From: Bacillota bacterium
Lineage (GTDB): Bacteria; Bacillota; Sulfobacillia; JAJZYS01; JAJYTV01
DNA length: 64,000 nt
Assembly (NCBI GenBank): GCA_021799275.1
Contig: JAJZAT010000008.1
Span: forward strand, 11,972-75,971
Direction of reading: 5' to 3'
How positions within the stretch are numbered: the stretch's first letter is position 1; each line of letters begins with the position of its first letter. Shown in pieces: positions 20,933 to 30,071 of the stretch. Position numbers and translations under genes: made by a program. The notes under the pieces are model-generated. The model was given only the letters and a program-made list of their open reading frames with translations, had not been told where the DNA came from and made no database searches.

Positions 20933-20960
20933 TTGACCCTTTGTTAGGTAGGCCTAATTT
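20933..20960 (+). promoter_or_regulatory. putative mntH promoter with an overlapping DtxR/MntR-family operator-like palindrome
   Basis: -35 TTGACC at 20933-20938, 16-nt spacer, -10 TAATTT at 20955-20960. The inverted repeat TTAGG-N4-CCTAA at 20944-20957 resembles the 5-prime half of the DtxR/IdeR consensus TTAGGTTAGCCTAACCTAA. Confidence 0.35.
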
Positions 20961-20987
20961 CTACACCAGATCTCGAGGAGGTGCGCC

Positions 20988-22319
20988 GTGCGGCGAGAAG
21001 GCGCTGGCTACGCCGTCTCTGAACAGCTGCAGCGCGGCCGCACCCGGCGCGCCACCGCAGCCGCCGCCGAGCCACCCAAGGCCGGGTCCCGGCGGGCGGG
21101 AGTCGGGCGGCTCTTCCTGCTCGGCGCCGTGCTCGGCCCCGGCCTCATGGTGATGCTCGCCGACACCGATGCCGGCAGCGTCGTGACCGCGGCGCAATCC
21201 GGGGCCCTCTGGGGCTACGGCATGTTGCTGCCGCAGCTCCTGCTCATTCCGGTGCTCTACGTCGTGCAGGAGATGACCGTGCGCCTCGGCGTGCTCACAC
21301 GCAAGGGCCACGGCGAACTGATCCGCGACACCTTCGGCCGGCCCTGGGCCTTCCTGTCGGTCCTCACCCTGTTCGTTGCGGCGGTCGGGGCGCTGGTCAC
21401 CGAATTCGCCGGAATCGCGGGCGTCGGGCAGCTGTTCGGCGTCCCGAAGGTCTACAGCGTCGGCGCAGCCGCTCTGCTCCTGATCGGCCTGGGTGTCACC
21501 GGCAGCTACCGCCGCGTCGAGCGCGTGGGCATCGCCCTTGGGCTCTTCGAGCTGCTCTTCCTGCCTGCCGCCCTCATGTCCCATCCCGATCCCGTCTCGC
21601 TCGTCCATGGACTGGGCCAGCTGCCGCTCGGCAACCACGGCTATCTCATGCTTCTCGCCGCCAATGTCGGCGCCGTCATCATGCCGTGGATGGTCTTCTA
21701 CCAGCAGGGGGCCGTGATCGACAAGGGCCTCAGGCCGCGCCAGTTGCGCGGTGCCCGCGTCGACACCCTGGTGGGCGCGGTGGTGACGCAGCTTGTCATG
21801 ATCTTCGTGGTCGTCGCCGTCGCCGCGACCATCGGCCGCTCGGGCCACGCGACGGCGCTCCAGAGCATTCCGGAGATCTCCCGGGCGCTCGAACCCTTCC
21901 TCGGATTCGCCGGCGCGAAGCTGGCGTTCGGCCTCGGCATCCTGGGCGCGTCCCTGGTGGCAGCCATCGTCGTCTCGGTGGCGGCCGCCTTCGGTATTGG
22001 AGAGGCCTTCGGCTGCCCGCACAGTCTCAACAGCCAGGTCGGCGAGGCGTCGCACTTCTATCTCGCGTACGTCCTCGCGCTGGTGCTTGGGGCGGCGGTG
22101 GTGCTAAAAGGCCTCCCGCTCATCCACCTGACCATCGACATCGAAGTGATGAACGCGATCCTGCTGCCCGTGGTTCTGGGCTTCCTGCTCGCTCTGGAGG
22201 CGAAGGCGCTGCCTGCCCAGGCGCGCATGCGCGGCCCGTACCGCTGGTTCGTCTACCTCGCCACCGGGTCGGTCATCCTGGTCGGGCTGGTGACAACGTT
22301 CCATGCAGTTGCCGGGTAA
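20988..22319 (+). CDS. mntH: Nramp-family divalent metal (Mn2+/Fe2+):H+ symporter
   Basis: 443 aa. GPGLMVMLADTDAGS matches the Nramp consensus motif, with 11 TM helices. GTG start follows CGAGGAGG. Confidence 0.85.
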   Translation: MRREGAGYAVSEQLQRGRTRRATAAAAEPPKAGSRRAGVGRLFLLGAVLGPGLMVMLADTDAGSVVTAAQSGALWGYGMLLPQLLLIPVLYVVQEMTVRLGVLTRKGHGELIRDTFGRPWAFLSVLTLFVAAVGALVTEFAGIAGVGQLFGVPKVYSVGAAALLLIGLGVTGSYRRVERVGIALGLFELLFLPAALMSHPDPVSLVHGLGQLPLGNHGYLMLLAANVGAVIMPWMVFYQQGAVIDKGLRPRQLRGARVDTLVGAVVTQLVMIFVVVAVAATIGRSGHATALQSIPEISRALEPFLGFAGAKLAFGLGILGASLVAAIVVSVAAAFGIGEAFGCPHSLNSQVGEASHFYLAYVLALVLGAAVVLKGLPLIHLTIDIEVMNAILLPVVLGFLLALEAKALPAQARMRGPYRWFVYLATGSVILVGLVTTFHAVAG

Positions 22320-22334
22320 CGCCGGCAGGACATG

Positions 22335-22368
22335 CTGGAGCCCGCCGCGTCCGCGCGGCGGGCTCCAG
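22335..22368. terminator. bidirectional terminator hairpin between convergent mntH and sdpI-like genes
   Basis: 15-bp perfect stem CTGGAGCCCGCCGCG…CGCGGCGGGCTCCAG. Confidence 0.45.
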
Positions 22369-22394
22369 TGTCTTCCCGGACCTTTACCGGGCCG

Positions 22395-23084
22395 CTACTC
22401 GCCGACGACGCCCCTGTACGCAAGGTACGAATAGACCGTCGTGAGCAGGACGGCGGCCACGACGCAGACCAGCAGGGCGACCCTGGCCCCTTGAGGCCAG
22501 AAGAACAGCAGGACGACAGGAACGAGGCCGGCCAGCATGAACACCGGCCCCGCGAAGCGGTGCGTGCGCCGCCAGACCTCTTCATTGGAGAGCGTCCACG
22601 CCGTGCGTACGCCGACGAAGTAGTTGAAGCGCACCCGGCCGAGCGAATTGCCGATGAACATGAACAGCAGCCCTACGACCACCACCGCCATGTCCCCGGG
22701 ATTGGCGGCGCTATAACCGAGATTGCGCCACATCGACCAGAAGAACATGAAGGCGATCACGAGGACGATCAGGAGACGCAAGGACCGGTAGAACGGCAGG
22801 AAGTCCGGGTAGTTGCGCCGCCGCGGGTCGATCACGGGCACCACGAGCAGGAAGAGCCACACCAGCACCGCAACGCCGATCGGCAGCAAGACCGCCCAGG
22901 GCGCGGGCATCCAGCCGTTCGGCTGACCGTTCAGGCCGAAGTGCGTCGCCACCCGCGCCGGCAGGTGCGGCAGGGCCCAGATCCCCACAGCCAGCATGAC
23001 CAGCCACACGAGGTACACCGGCCAGTCGTGCCGCGCCTCGCTGCCCAGCCGGTACTCCTTCGCCTTATCCGCCATGACTTCCAT
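22395..23084 (-). CDS. SdpI/YhfL-family membrane immunity protein (DUF1648 + SdpI domains)
   Basis: Polytopic membrane protein with the characteristic N-terminal DUF1648 helix pair and C-terminal SdpI-type TM domain. ATG at 23084 follows GGGGGAGAGG. It is co-transcribed with an ArsR-family gene, as in sdpRI. Confidence 0.65.
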   Translation of the reverse strand: MEVMADKAKEYRLGSEARHDWPVYLVWLVMLAVGIWALPHLPARVATHFGLNGQPNGWMPAPWAVLLPIGVAVLVWLFLLVVPVIDPRRRNYPDFLPFYRSLRLLIVLVIAFMFFWSMWRNLGYSAANPGDMAVVVVGLLFMFIGNSLGRVRFNYFVGVRTAWTLSNEEVWRRTHRFAGPVFMLAGLVPVVLLFFWPQGARVALLVCVVAAVLLTTVYSYLAYRGVVGE

Positions 23085-23367
23085 CCTCTCCCCCGATCGC
23101 ATCTCCGCGGCGGAGAACCTCGAGGCCCCAGCCGAGCGCTTCCTGCAGCACCGTGGTGTGCAGCGAATAGATGATCATTTGACCCTGCCGCCGCGACACC
23201 ACGAGGTCGGCCTGGCGCAGGGTGTTGAGATGGTGCGAGATGCTCGGTTTCGACAGGGTGAAGGCCGCGGCGATCTCGCCCGCGCTGAGATCTCCCTGGC
23301 TGAGCATGCGCAGGATCTGCCGCCGCGTCGGGTCCGACAGCGCCTGAAAGACATCGCCCAGCGACAT
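23065..23367 (-). CDS. ArsR/SmtB-family transcriptional repressor (SdpR-like)
   Basis: 100 aa. LSDPTRRQILRML…GDLSAGEIAAAFTLSKPSISHHLNTLRQADLV is a typical ArsR winged helix-turn-helix. Confidence 0.8.
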   Translation of the reverse strand: MSLGDVFQALSDPTRRQILRMLSQGDLSAGEIAAAFTLSKPSISHHLNTLRQADLVVSRRQGQMIIYSLHTTVLQEALGWGLEVLRRGDAIGGEDGSHGG

Positions 23368-23934
23368 CGCGCCGCACCTTCTTTCGTGTTTTTATAATCA
23401 TCTAAATATCGTGTTGCGTCAAGCACGGTCCGCCCCTCCCATCAGCCGCGCTACCTTGTACGATGGTTCTTAGGTGCAACCCGCAAGGGTCGACCATCCT
23501 GGTACCGGAAAATCGGCGTGCGGACGCGGTGCTCTGGTCCACTGGTCTTGGTACCTTCGCCCGGCCAGACGGCGGCGCAGGTACGGCTCGGAGGTATGCC
23601 CCAAGATACGCCCAGGATCAGGATTTTCAGCGTCCGCAGTGCGCTGCGACCCGCAAAGTGACGGGCGGACCCTGGCGAGTGGACCTGGTCCATGCGACTT
23701 TTTTCACGTGCCCCTAGGGCCACTTTGTCAGATCGCGTGCCATCCCGCTCTGGCAGATGGCCGTGGTGTGGGCAAATTGCCCGGCCAACCAACCTACCGG
23801 CCGCACCAGCACGAAACGGACTAGATGTTCATATGGCCTAATCGGCACAAGCGCGATAGTAGCTCCAGGCAGACAGCCCGCGTTGGGCAGCGCCGACGGC
23901 CGCGAGGCGCACTGCCAAGGGGAGGCAAAGTTCC

Positions 23935-24513
23935 ATGATCGACTATCTTGCAGTTATGCTGGTCGCCGTTGGTGCCGGTCTTGCGCTTCTGGCCTTGTAC
24001 CTCTACTTCAACCCCGCTCCTGAGCACCGTCCGACCTGGGGCTTCGGCTTCGGCGCCACCGCCCTCATCCTTGCCGCGACCTCGATCCCCATGGTGGTCA
24101 CCTGGCCGCTGCCCGGCTCCTACAACGTCGCGTACGGTGAGCCCGCCCTTATGTTCGGCGCCCTCTTCACCGTCGCAGGCCTCGCGCTCGTCTTCCGCCT
24201 CGAGCTCCTCGGTCCCGCGATCTGGGGCTTCTTCGCAGGCATCGCCGCCGTCGTGGTCGGCGACCACATGATCGCCCTGCACATGTCGAACTCCCCGACC
24301 ATCGCCGGCCTCGGCTTCATCTTCGCCGGTGTCGGCGGCATCCTGACCCTGCCGGCCATCGCCATGAAGAACATGCGCTGGATCGCGATCATCGCGGCCA
24401 TCGTGCTCGCCGTCGCAGCCGTCATCTGGCTCTACACCGGATTCATGAGCTACCCCGGCCACATGGCGGACTTCGCCAAGTACGTCCCCGCCTACATGAA
24501 GGGCAGCAAGTAA
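23935..24513 (+). CDS. hypothetical polytopic membrane protein, DUF981-like
   Basis: 192 aa with about 5 TM helices and a Gly/Ala-rich hydrophobic composition. The ribosome-binding site is GGGGAGG. Family assignment is from memory and tentative. Confidence 0.55.
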   Translation: MIDYLAVMLVAVGAGLALLALYLYFNPAPEHRPTWGFGFGATALILAATSIPMVVTWPLPGSYNVAYGEPALMFGALFTVAGLALVFRLELLGPAIWGFFAGIAAVVVGDHMIALHMSNSPTIAGLGFIFAGVGGILTLPAIAMKNMRWIAIIAAIVLAVAAVIWLYTGFMSYPGHMADFAKYVPAYMKGSK

Positions 24514-24555
24514 GTAAGGTTTCCTCCGGAGACCATCGCGGCGGCTCTCCACAGC

Positions 24556-24586
24556 AAGGCACCGAACCTTGGGGGTTCGGTGCCTT
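24556..24586. terminator. hairpin between convergent DUF981-like and kynureninase genes
   Basis: 13-bp perfect stem AAGGCACCGAACC / GGTTCGGTGCCTT with a 5-nt loop. Confidence 0.4.
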
Positions 24587-24649
24587 CCCGTTGTCGAATC
24601 CGGACGACTGGCGTCGACCGCACGGGCGCCGCGGGTCGCATGGCGGCCT

Positions 24650-25927
24650 TCAGCCGACTTCCTCCCGGCCTTCCGGGTAGCGCAGATGCTCGCCCGTCCG
24701 CGCGATGTCGCGGAGAACCGTGAGCGCCTGAGCGATCTCCCTGAACGTGGTGTAGAGCGGGTGCGGGCCCAGCCGCACGACGTCCGGAGGCCGGAAGTCC
24801 GGCACGACGCCGCGGTCCTTGAGCGCGCGGCTCAGGCGCGCGGCCTCGGGGTGCGCCAAGGCGACGTGTCCGCCACGCGCCTCGGGCGATCTCGGCGTCA
24901 CCACTTGGAAGCCCTGTTCCCGCAGCACGTCGTCCGCCATCGCGGCGAGCAGTTCCGTCTGGCGCAGCGAGCGCCGCCGGACGGCCTCCATGCCCACCTC
25001 CCGGTAGATCTCGAGGCTACCGAGCAGCGGCACCGAGGAGAGGACCGGCGGCGTCCCCACCTGCAGGGCGCCGGCATCGTCGGCGGGCCCAAGCTCCATC
25101 GGCATGTCGAACTGCCTCGCCTTGTCGCTGCCGAACCAGCCCGCCATGCCGGGCCGCACGGGCAGGTGGCGCCGATGGACAAAGAGGCCGCCGATCGCGC
25201 CGGGCCCGCCGCAGAGGTACTTGTACGTGCAGAAGAAGGCAAAATCCGCCTCGTCCCGGTGCAGCGCGAGCGGGATCGCGCCCACGGCGTGCGAGAGATC
25301 CCACGCGACCGGCACTCCGCGCGCGTGGGCCGCGGCCGTGATCTCCCCGATCGCCAGCGCCTGCCCGGAGCGGTAGAGGACGCCGGGCAGCACGGCGAGC
25401 GCCACGTCGTCGTCGAGTGCGGCAAGAATGTCGTCCGCCGCGAGCGTATGCCCGTCGCGGCTGGGAATCAGGCGCAGGCTGCGGCGGACGTCGAGGCCGC
25501 GTCGCTCGAGATGGCCGGCGATGGCATAGAGATCGCTCGGGAAGGCGAGAGCTTCGGTGACGACGACACGACGGTCGCCGCTCGGGCGGTAGAAGGTCTG
25601 CAGGACCTGGTGCAGGTTCAAGGTGGTCTGCGCGGTCGCGATGACCTCCCCCGGCAACGCACCGACGACATCCGACAGCATCGCGCCGATCGTCTCGGCG
25701 AGGTGGAACCATGGCACCTCGGCGCCCTGCCACCCGCCGACACCAAGTCGGCGCCAGTCCAGCGCGGCCCGCTCGAGGTGTTCCTGGCCTCGCTTCGTCA
25801 AGGGGCCGAGCGAGTTGCCGTCGAGGTAGATGACGTCCTCCGGCAGCAGAAATTCCTGGCGCAGGTCGCGCAAGGCGTCGTCGCGGTCCATGCCTCCCGC
25901 CTTCTCTAGCCATTCCTCGCAGCGCAC
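24650..25927 (-). CDS. kynU: kynureninase
   Basis: 425 aa, colinear with kynureninases (YLDGNSLGP, FAFFCTYKYLCGGPG PLP-lysine region). Confidence 0.85.
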   Translation of the reverse strand: MRCEEWLEKAGGMDRDDALRDLRQEFLLPEDVIYLDGNSLGPLTKRGQEHLERAALDWRRLGVGGWQGAEVPWFHLAETIGAMLSDVVGALPGEVIATAQTTLNLHQVLQTFYRPSGDRRVVVTEALAFPSDLYAIAGHLERRGLDVRRSLRLIPSRDGHTLAADDILAALDDDVALAVLPGVLYRSGQALAIGEITAAAHARGVPVAWDLSHAVGAIPLALHRDEADFAFFCTYKYLCGGPGAIGGLFVHRRHLPVRPGMAGWFGSDKARQFDMPMELGPADDAGALQVGTPPVLSSVPLLGSLEIYREVGMEAVRRRSLRQTELLAAMADDVLREQGFQVVTPRSPEARGGHVALAHPEAARLSRALKDRGVVPDFRPPDVVRLGPHPLYTTFREIAQALTVLRDIARTGEHLRYPEGREEVG

Positions 25928-26109
25928 AGATCCCCAACTCCCAGCGGTCGTATCGAGGGCGGCTTCGCGCAGGGCCCTGCCGGCACCTGCATGCCGCCCG
26001 GTCGGTCACGCGCCTGGGAGCACCGCCGGGGTGCGGCCAGTTTGTGCCGCAGGAACGGCGCGAAGCGGCCCCGAATCGCGTTAGGACCCACCCGCAGGAG
26101 GAGTCGCCT

Positions 26110-28251
26110 TTGCTTCGCCGCATTTCCGCGTGGCTCGCCGGCCTCGCGCTAATCCTGGCGGCAGCCACGCTCGCGCTGTCCGCTTTGTCCGCCCCAGCTG
26201 CCTCGCCGCCCATGCCGGTCGGTGGCAGCTGGCGGTCCATCGGCCCTGCGCCGGTGCTGCACGACCCCTACGCAGGCAACGAGAGCGGCCGCGTCGATGC
26301 GCTAGCCGCGGCGGACGGCAGCCTCTTCGCGGGTTCAGCGGGCGGCGGCGTCTGGGTGACCTCCGACGAGGGCAAGACCTGGCGTCCGCTGTCCGATCGC
26401 ACGCCGGACATGGCGATCGGCGCTCTCGCCGTGCAGGCGAAACCGGAGGTGATCTACGCCGGAACCGGCGAGAACGACGATTGCGGCGACTGCTTCTTCT
26501 CCGATGGCATCCTGCGCAGCGCGAACGGTGGCCGAACCTGGCAACTGCTCGGCGAGAAGGTCTTCTACGGCCATTACCTCTCCTCGATCCTGCTCGACCC
26601 GACCGATCCGCAGCGCCTCTTCGCCGCCGGCGACTTTGGCGTCGAACGTTCTGGCGACGGCGGCCGGACCTGGCATCTCGTGCTCGGCGATCCCACGACC
26701 GACCTCAGCTGGCTGCCGGGCAATCCGCGGCGCCTCCTCGCGGGCGTCGAAGGAGTCGGTGTCGAGGTTTCAAGCGACCTCGGCCGGACGTGGCGCGTGC
26801 TCGCAGGCGGCCTGCCGCACAAGGAGTCTCGGATCGGCAGGGTGGCGCTGGCCGTCGCGCCCAGCGACCCGAGCACCATGTACGTCAGCATGGCGACCTT
26901 GAACCGCCGCTGCACCGACTGCCTGCTTGGGCTCTACGTCAGCCGCGACGGGGGTGCGACGTTCCAGAAGCTCACCCACACCCCGGACTTCCTGCGTGAA
27001 CCGAACACGAGCCCGCCGCAGGCACAGGGCGATTACGACCAGGTCCTGGCCGTATCCCCGCAGAACCCGCAGGAAGTCTTCGCGGGGGGCGTCGAGCTCC
27101 TCGCGTCGACCGACGGGGGCGCCCGTTGGACCGACCTGACGCAGACCTTCTACCTGCACACGGACCAGCACGCGCTGCTTTTCGGCGCACAGGGTCTCTA
27201 CATCGGCAACGACGGCGGCGTCTACCGGCTGACGCCGCAGCACACCATGCAGGATCTCAACACGAACCTCTCGATCACCCAGGTGTACCCGGCGATGGCG
27301 GTGTCCCCGGGCGGCCACCGCGTGCTGGCGGGATTCCAGGACAACGGCACGGCGGTCTACAACCTCCATACCGGCCGCTGGACCTCCCTGATCGGCGGCG
27401 ATGGCGGCTGGAACGCCTTCGGCGCGGGCAAGCCGCCACGCATGCTCGGCGAGGTCGACGGGGCTCTGCAGCGCTCGGGCACCAGCGGGCGACGCTGGGG
27501 CTCGCCGCAGCCGCCTGTCGGCCCGCTGGGTGTGGGCGCCTTCGCGGTCGACCCCCGGCACCGCAACGTCCTCCTGGCCGGCGGCCAACAGATCTGGCGC
27601 TCGACGGCCGACGGCGGCCGGTGGCGCCGGGTGACGCACGTGCGCGGCGGTGGGCCGGTCACCGTGATCGCGTTCGCGCCGGGCAGTGGCAGGATTGTCT
27701 ACGCGGGCTGGCAGAACGGGCAGGTGGCGCTCTCCGAAAATACCGGACGCACCTGGCGGCTCATCTCGCCCACCAGCTGGACAACGCCCTGCGCCTTCGC
27801 GGGGCCGGGCGACGCGGATGCCTACGTCACGGACATCGCGGCAGAGCCGGGCGACCCCTACCGCGCCTTCGTCAGCGTCGCCTTTGGCATGCCGCAGTCC
27901 TTGCCGGACTGCCCGTTCGTGTTCGAGACGCCCGCGGCCAATGCGTCGTGGCCTTCCTGGACCGACATCTCGGGCACCCTGCCGAGCTTCTCCGCGCTCG
28001 GCCTCTTTGTGGCGTCGAACGGCCTTGTGGCCGCCACTGGTGGCGGCGTCTTCTGGAGTCCCTTGGCGGACGCCGGCTGGCGCCCACTCGGCACGGCGCT
28101 GCCCAACGTGCAGACGACCACCGTCGCGCAGTTGCCCTCAGGCACCCTGCTGCTCGGCACCTACGGTCGCGGCGTCTGGGAGTTGCCCGCGGCCAGGAAG
28201 CCCGCCAGCCAGCGCCCCGGGGGCTTGCGACAGGTCCCGTCAGGGCGATAA
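26110..28251 (+). CDS. exported BNR/Asp-box repeat protein (sialidase/Ycf48-like beta-propeller)
   Basis: TTG start follows AGGAGGA. A signal peptide is followed by at least 8 Asp-box motifs (SxDxGxTW: TSDEGKTW, SANGGRTW, SGDGGRTW, SSDLGRTW, SRDGGATF, STDGGARW, STADGGRW, ENTGRTW). Confidence 0.75.
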   Translation: MLRRISAWLAGLALILAAATLALSALSAPAASPPMPVGGSWRSIGPAPVLHDPYAGNESGRVDALAAADGSLFAGSAGGGVWVTSDEGKTWRPLSDRTPDMAIGALAVQAKPEVIYAGTGENDDCGDCFFSDGILRSANGGRTWQLLGEKVFYGHYLSSILLDPTDPQRLFAAGDFGVERSGDGGRTWHLVLGDPTTDLSWLPGNPRRLLAGVEGVGVEVSSDLGRTWRVLAGGLPHKESRIGRVALAVAPSDPSTMYVSMATLNRRCTDCLLGLYVSRDGGATFQKLTHTPDFLREPNTSPPQAQGDYDQVLAVSPQNPQEVFAGGVELLASTDGGARWTDLTQTFYLHTDQHALLFGAQGLYIGNDGGVYRLTPQHTMQDLNTNLSITQVYPAMAVSPGGHRVLAGFQDNGTAVYNLHTGRWTSLIGGDGGWNAFGAGKPPRMLGEVDGALQRSGTSGRRWGSPQPPVGPLGVGAFAVDPRHRNVLLAGGQQIWRSTADGGRWRRVTHVRGGGPVTVIAFAPGSGRIVYAGWQNGQVALSENTGRTWRLISPTSWTTPCAFAGPGDADAYVTDIAAEPGDPYRAFVSVAFGMPQSLPDCPFVFETPAANASWPSWTDISGTLPSFSALGLFVASNGLVAATGGGVFWSPLADAGWRPLGTALPNVQTTTVAQLPSGTLLLGTYGRGVWELPAARKPASQRPGGLRQVPSGR

Positions 28252-28312
28252 TCCCGGTGGGCCGGTGCGCCGCGCCCCACCTCCATACGGCCTCTAAAAG
28301 GAGCCATCCGCA

Positions 28313-28759
28313 TTGGACGTCATCCTCTATACCGACGGCGCATGCTCAGGAAACCCCGGCCCTGGCGGCTGGGCCGCCGTCCTCATCTGGGGCGACCGCC
28401 GCAAGGAGATCTCGGGCTACGCCCCAAGCACGACCAACAACCGCATGGAACTCATGGCCTTGCTGGAGGGTCTTAGGGCCCTCAAGACGCCCTGCGGCGT
28501 GCAGGTGCACTCGGACTCGACCTATGTCGTCAACGCCTTCCGCCAAGGTTGGCTGACGCGCTGGCAGAAGAACGGCTGGCGCACGTCGCAGGGCGGAAGC
28601 GTGGAGAACCAGGATCTCTGGCAGGCCATCCTGCAGGCGACGCAAGCCCACGACGTCCAGTTCCATTGGGTCAAGGGACATGCCCGGAGTCAGGAGAACA
28701 ACCGTTGCGACGAACTGGCCCGCGAGGCGATCCAGCACAAGGGCGCCGCCGGGTCCTGA
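28313..28759 (+). CDS. rnhA: ribonuclease HI
   Basis: 148 aa. ILYTDGACSGNPGPGGWAAVL, the TNNRMEL motif and the HWVKGHA region, with catalytic D/E/D/D residues. Confidence 0.9.
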   Translation: MDVILYTDGACSGNPGPGGWAAVLIWGDRRKEISGYAPSTTNNRMELMALLEGLRALKTPCGVQVHSDSTYVVNAFRQGWLTRWQKNGWRTSQGGSVENQDLWQAILQATQAHDVQFHWVKGHARSQENNRCDELAREAIQHKGAAGS

Positions 28760-28794
28760 ACATTCCCCGTCCGTCCATACGGCACCCAGAGCGA

Positions 28795-28835
28795 GCGAAG
28801 GGCGGTCCTGCCGGCAAGGTGGGACCGCCCTTCGC
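28795..28835 (+). other. stable hairpin in the 346-nt rnhA/dppB-like intergenic leader
   Basis: 14-bp perfect stem GCGAAGGGCGGTCC…GGACCGCCCTTCGC with a 13-nt loop. No U-tract follows. Confidence 0.3.
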
Positions 28836-29105
28836 CCGCTTGCCGGCGCGAGACAAAACTGGCCAGGTCGACCGGTCTACGCACCGGGACAAGCTCATAT
28901 ATTTGACCAAGTCATCCCGTCGGCTCCCGGTGGCTTCGTTCCACGGACGCCCGACGGTTTACCGCTGTGGCCGGCCCACCCTCGCCGCATGTCCTCCGCT
29001 CGGCCCGCAAGCCCATCTGCAGCCTGGCCCGCATCGCGTCCGGACCGCACCACCGATGCCGTCTCGTGCCGACGCAATCCTCGGCGCCCGCGAGGAGGTA
29101 CCCTG

Positions 29106-30059
29106 ATGGGAGTCTTCGTCGTACGCCGGCTCGCTCAGGCCGTCCCGGTGATCTTCCTGATCTCCCTCCTGCTCTTCTTCATGATGCACGCGATGCCCGG
29201 CGGGCCCCTCGCGATGTACGTGCACCAGCCCGGCATCACGAAGGCGATGCTCGAGCAGATCCGCATCGACTACGGCCTGAACCAGGGACTCTGGACGCAA
29301 TACGTGGACTGGCTCGGCAAAGCCGTGCGCGGCGATTTCGGCTACTCGTACGTGTACGCTCAGCCGGCTGCCGGCATGATGCTGCAGCGTCTGCCTGCGA
29401 CGCTCGAGCTCATGCTCTCGTCCTTTCTCATCACCGTCCTGTGCTCGTTCCTGCTCGGCGTCTACAGCGCCGTGCGGCAGTACTCTTTCGGGGACTACCT
29501 GATCACGGTCGTCAGCTACTTCGGCTTCTCCATGCCCACCTTCTGGCTTGGCCTCATGGTGCTGATCCTCTTCTCCGTACACCTGCACTGGTTCCCGGCC
29601 GGCGGTATGGCGACGGCGGGTGCCGCGTTCAGCCTGGGCGACCGCTTATGGCACCTCATCCTGCCGATGCTGGTCCTGGCCTTTTACACGCTGGCGTCCG
29701 AAAGCCGTTATGTCCGCTCGTCGATGCTCGACGTCATCCACCAGGACTACATCCGGACCGCTCGCGCCAAGGGAGTCGGAGAAGGCCGGGTGATCTGGCG
29801 CCACGCCCTGCGCAACGCTCTGCTCCCCGTGGTGACGGTGATGGTCATGGATGCCGCCTACCTGTTCGGTGGCGCTTTGATCACGGAGACCATCTTCTCC
29901 TGGCCGGGTATGGGACGCCTGTTCATCCAGGCCATCCTGCAGAGCGACTACCCGGTGCTGATGGCCGTCGTCTCCTTCCTCTCGGTCGTCATCGTGCTCG
30001 CGAACATCCTCGCGGATGTGCTCTACGGGCTGCTCGACCCCCGCATCCAGTACAGCTGA
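29106..30059 (+). CDS. peptide/nickel ABC transporter permease (DppB/OppB-like)
   Basis: ATG at 29106 follows GAGGAGG. N-terminus MGVFVVRRLAQAVPVIFLISLLLFF and the EAA-loop region IRTARAKG. The 142-codon upstream extension in the ORF table was rejected. Confidence 0.85.
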   Translation: MGVFVVRRLAQAVPVIFLISLLLFFMMHAMPGGPLAMYVHQPGITKAMLEQIRIDYGLNQGLWTQYVDWLGKAVRGDFGYSYVYAQPAAGMMLQRLPATLELMLSSFLITVLCSFLLGVYSAVRQYSFGDYLITVVSYFGFSMPTFWLGLMVLILFSVHLHWFPAGGMATAGAAFSLGDRLWHLILPMLVLAFYTLASESRYVRSSMLDVIHQDYIRTARAKGVGEGRVIWRHALRNALLPVVTVMVMDAAYLFGGALITETIFSWPGMGRLFIQAILQSDYPVLMAVVSFLSVVIVLANILADVLYGLLDPRIQYS

Positions 30060-30071
30060 GGGGGCGCCGGG

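Noticed and set aside
23495-23560. Two GGTACC palindromes 49 nt apart, considered as a possible CRISPR or direct repeat
   Set aside because: Only two short copies with no conserved spacer-repeat periodicity. Not a CRISPR array.
23451-23824. Three overlapping 84-116-aa ORFs inside the 567-nt gap
   Set aside because: No ribosome-binding sites, Arg/Pro-rich composition, mutually overlapping frames. Treated as non-coding.
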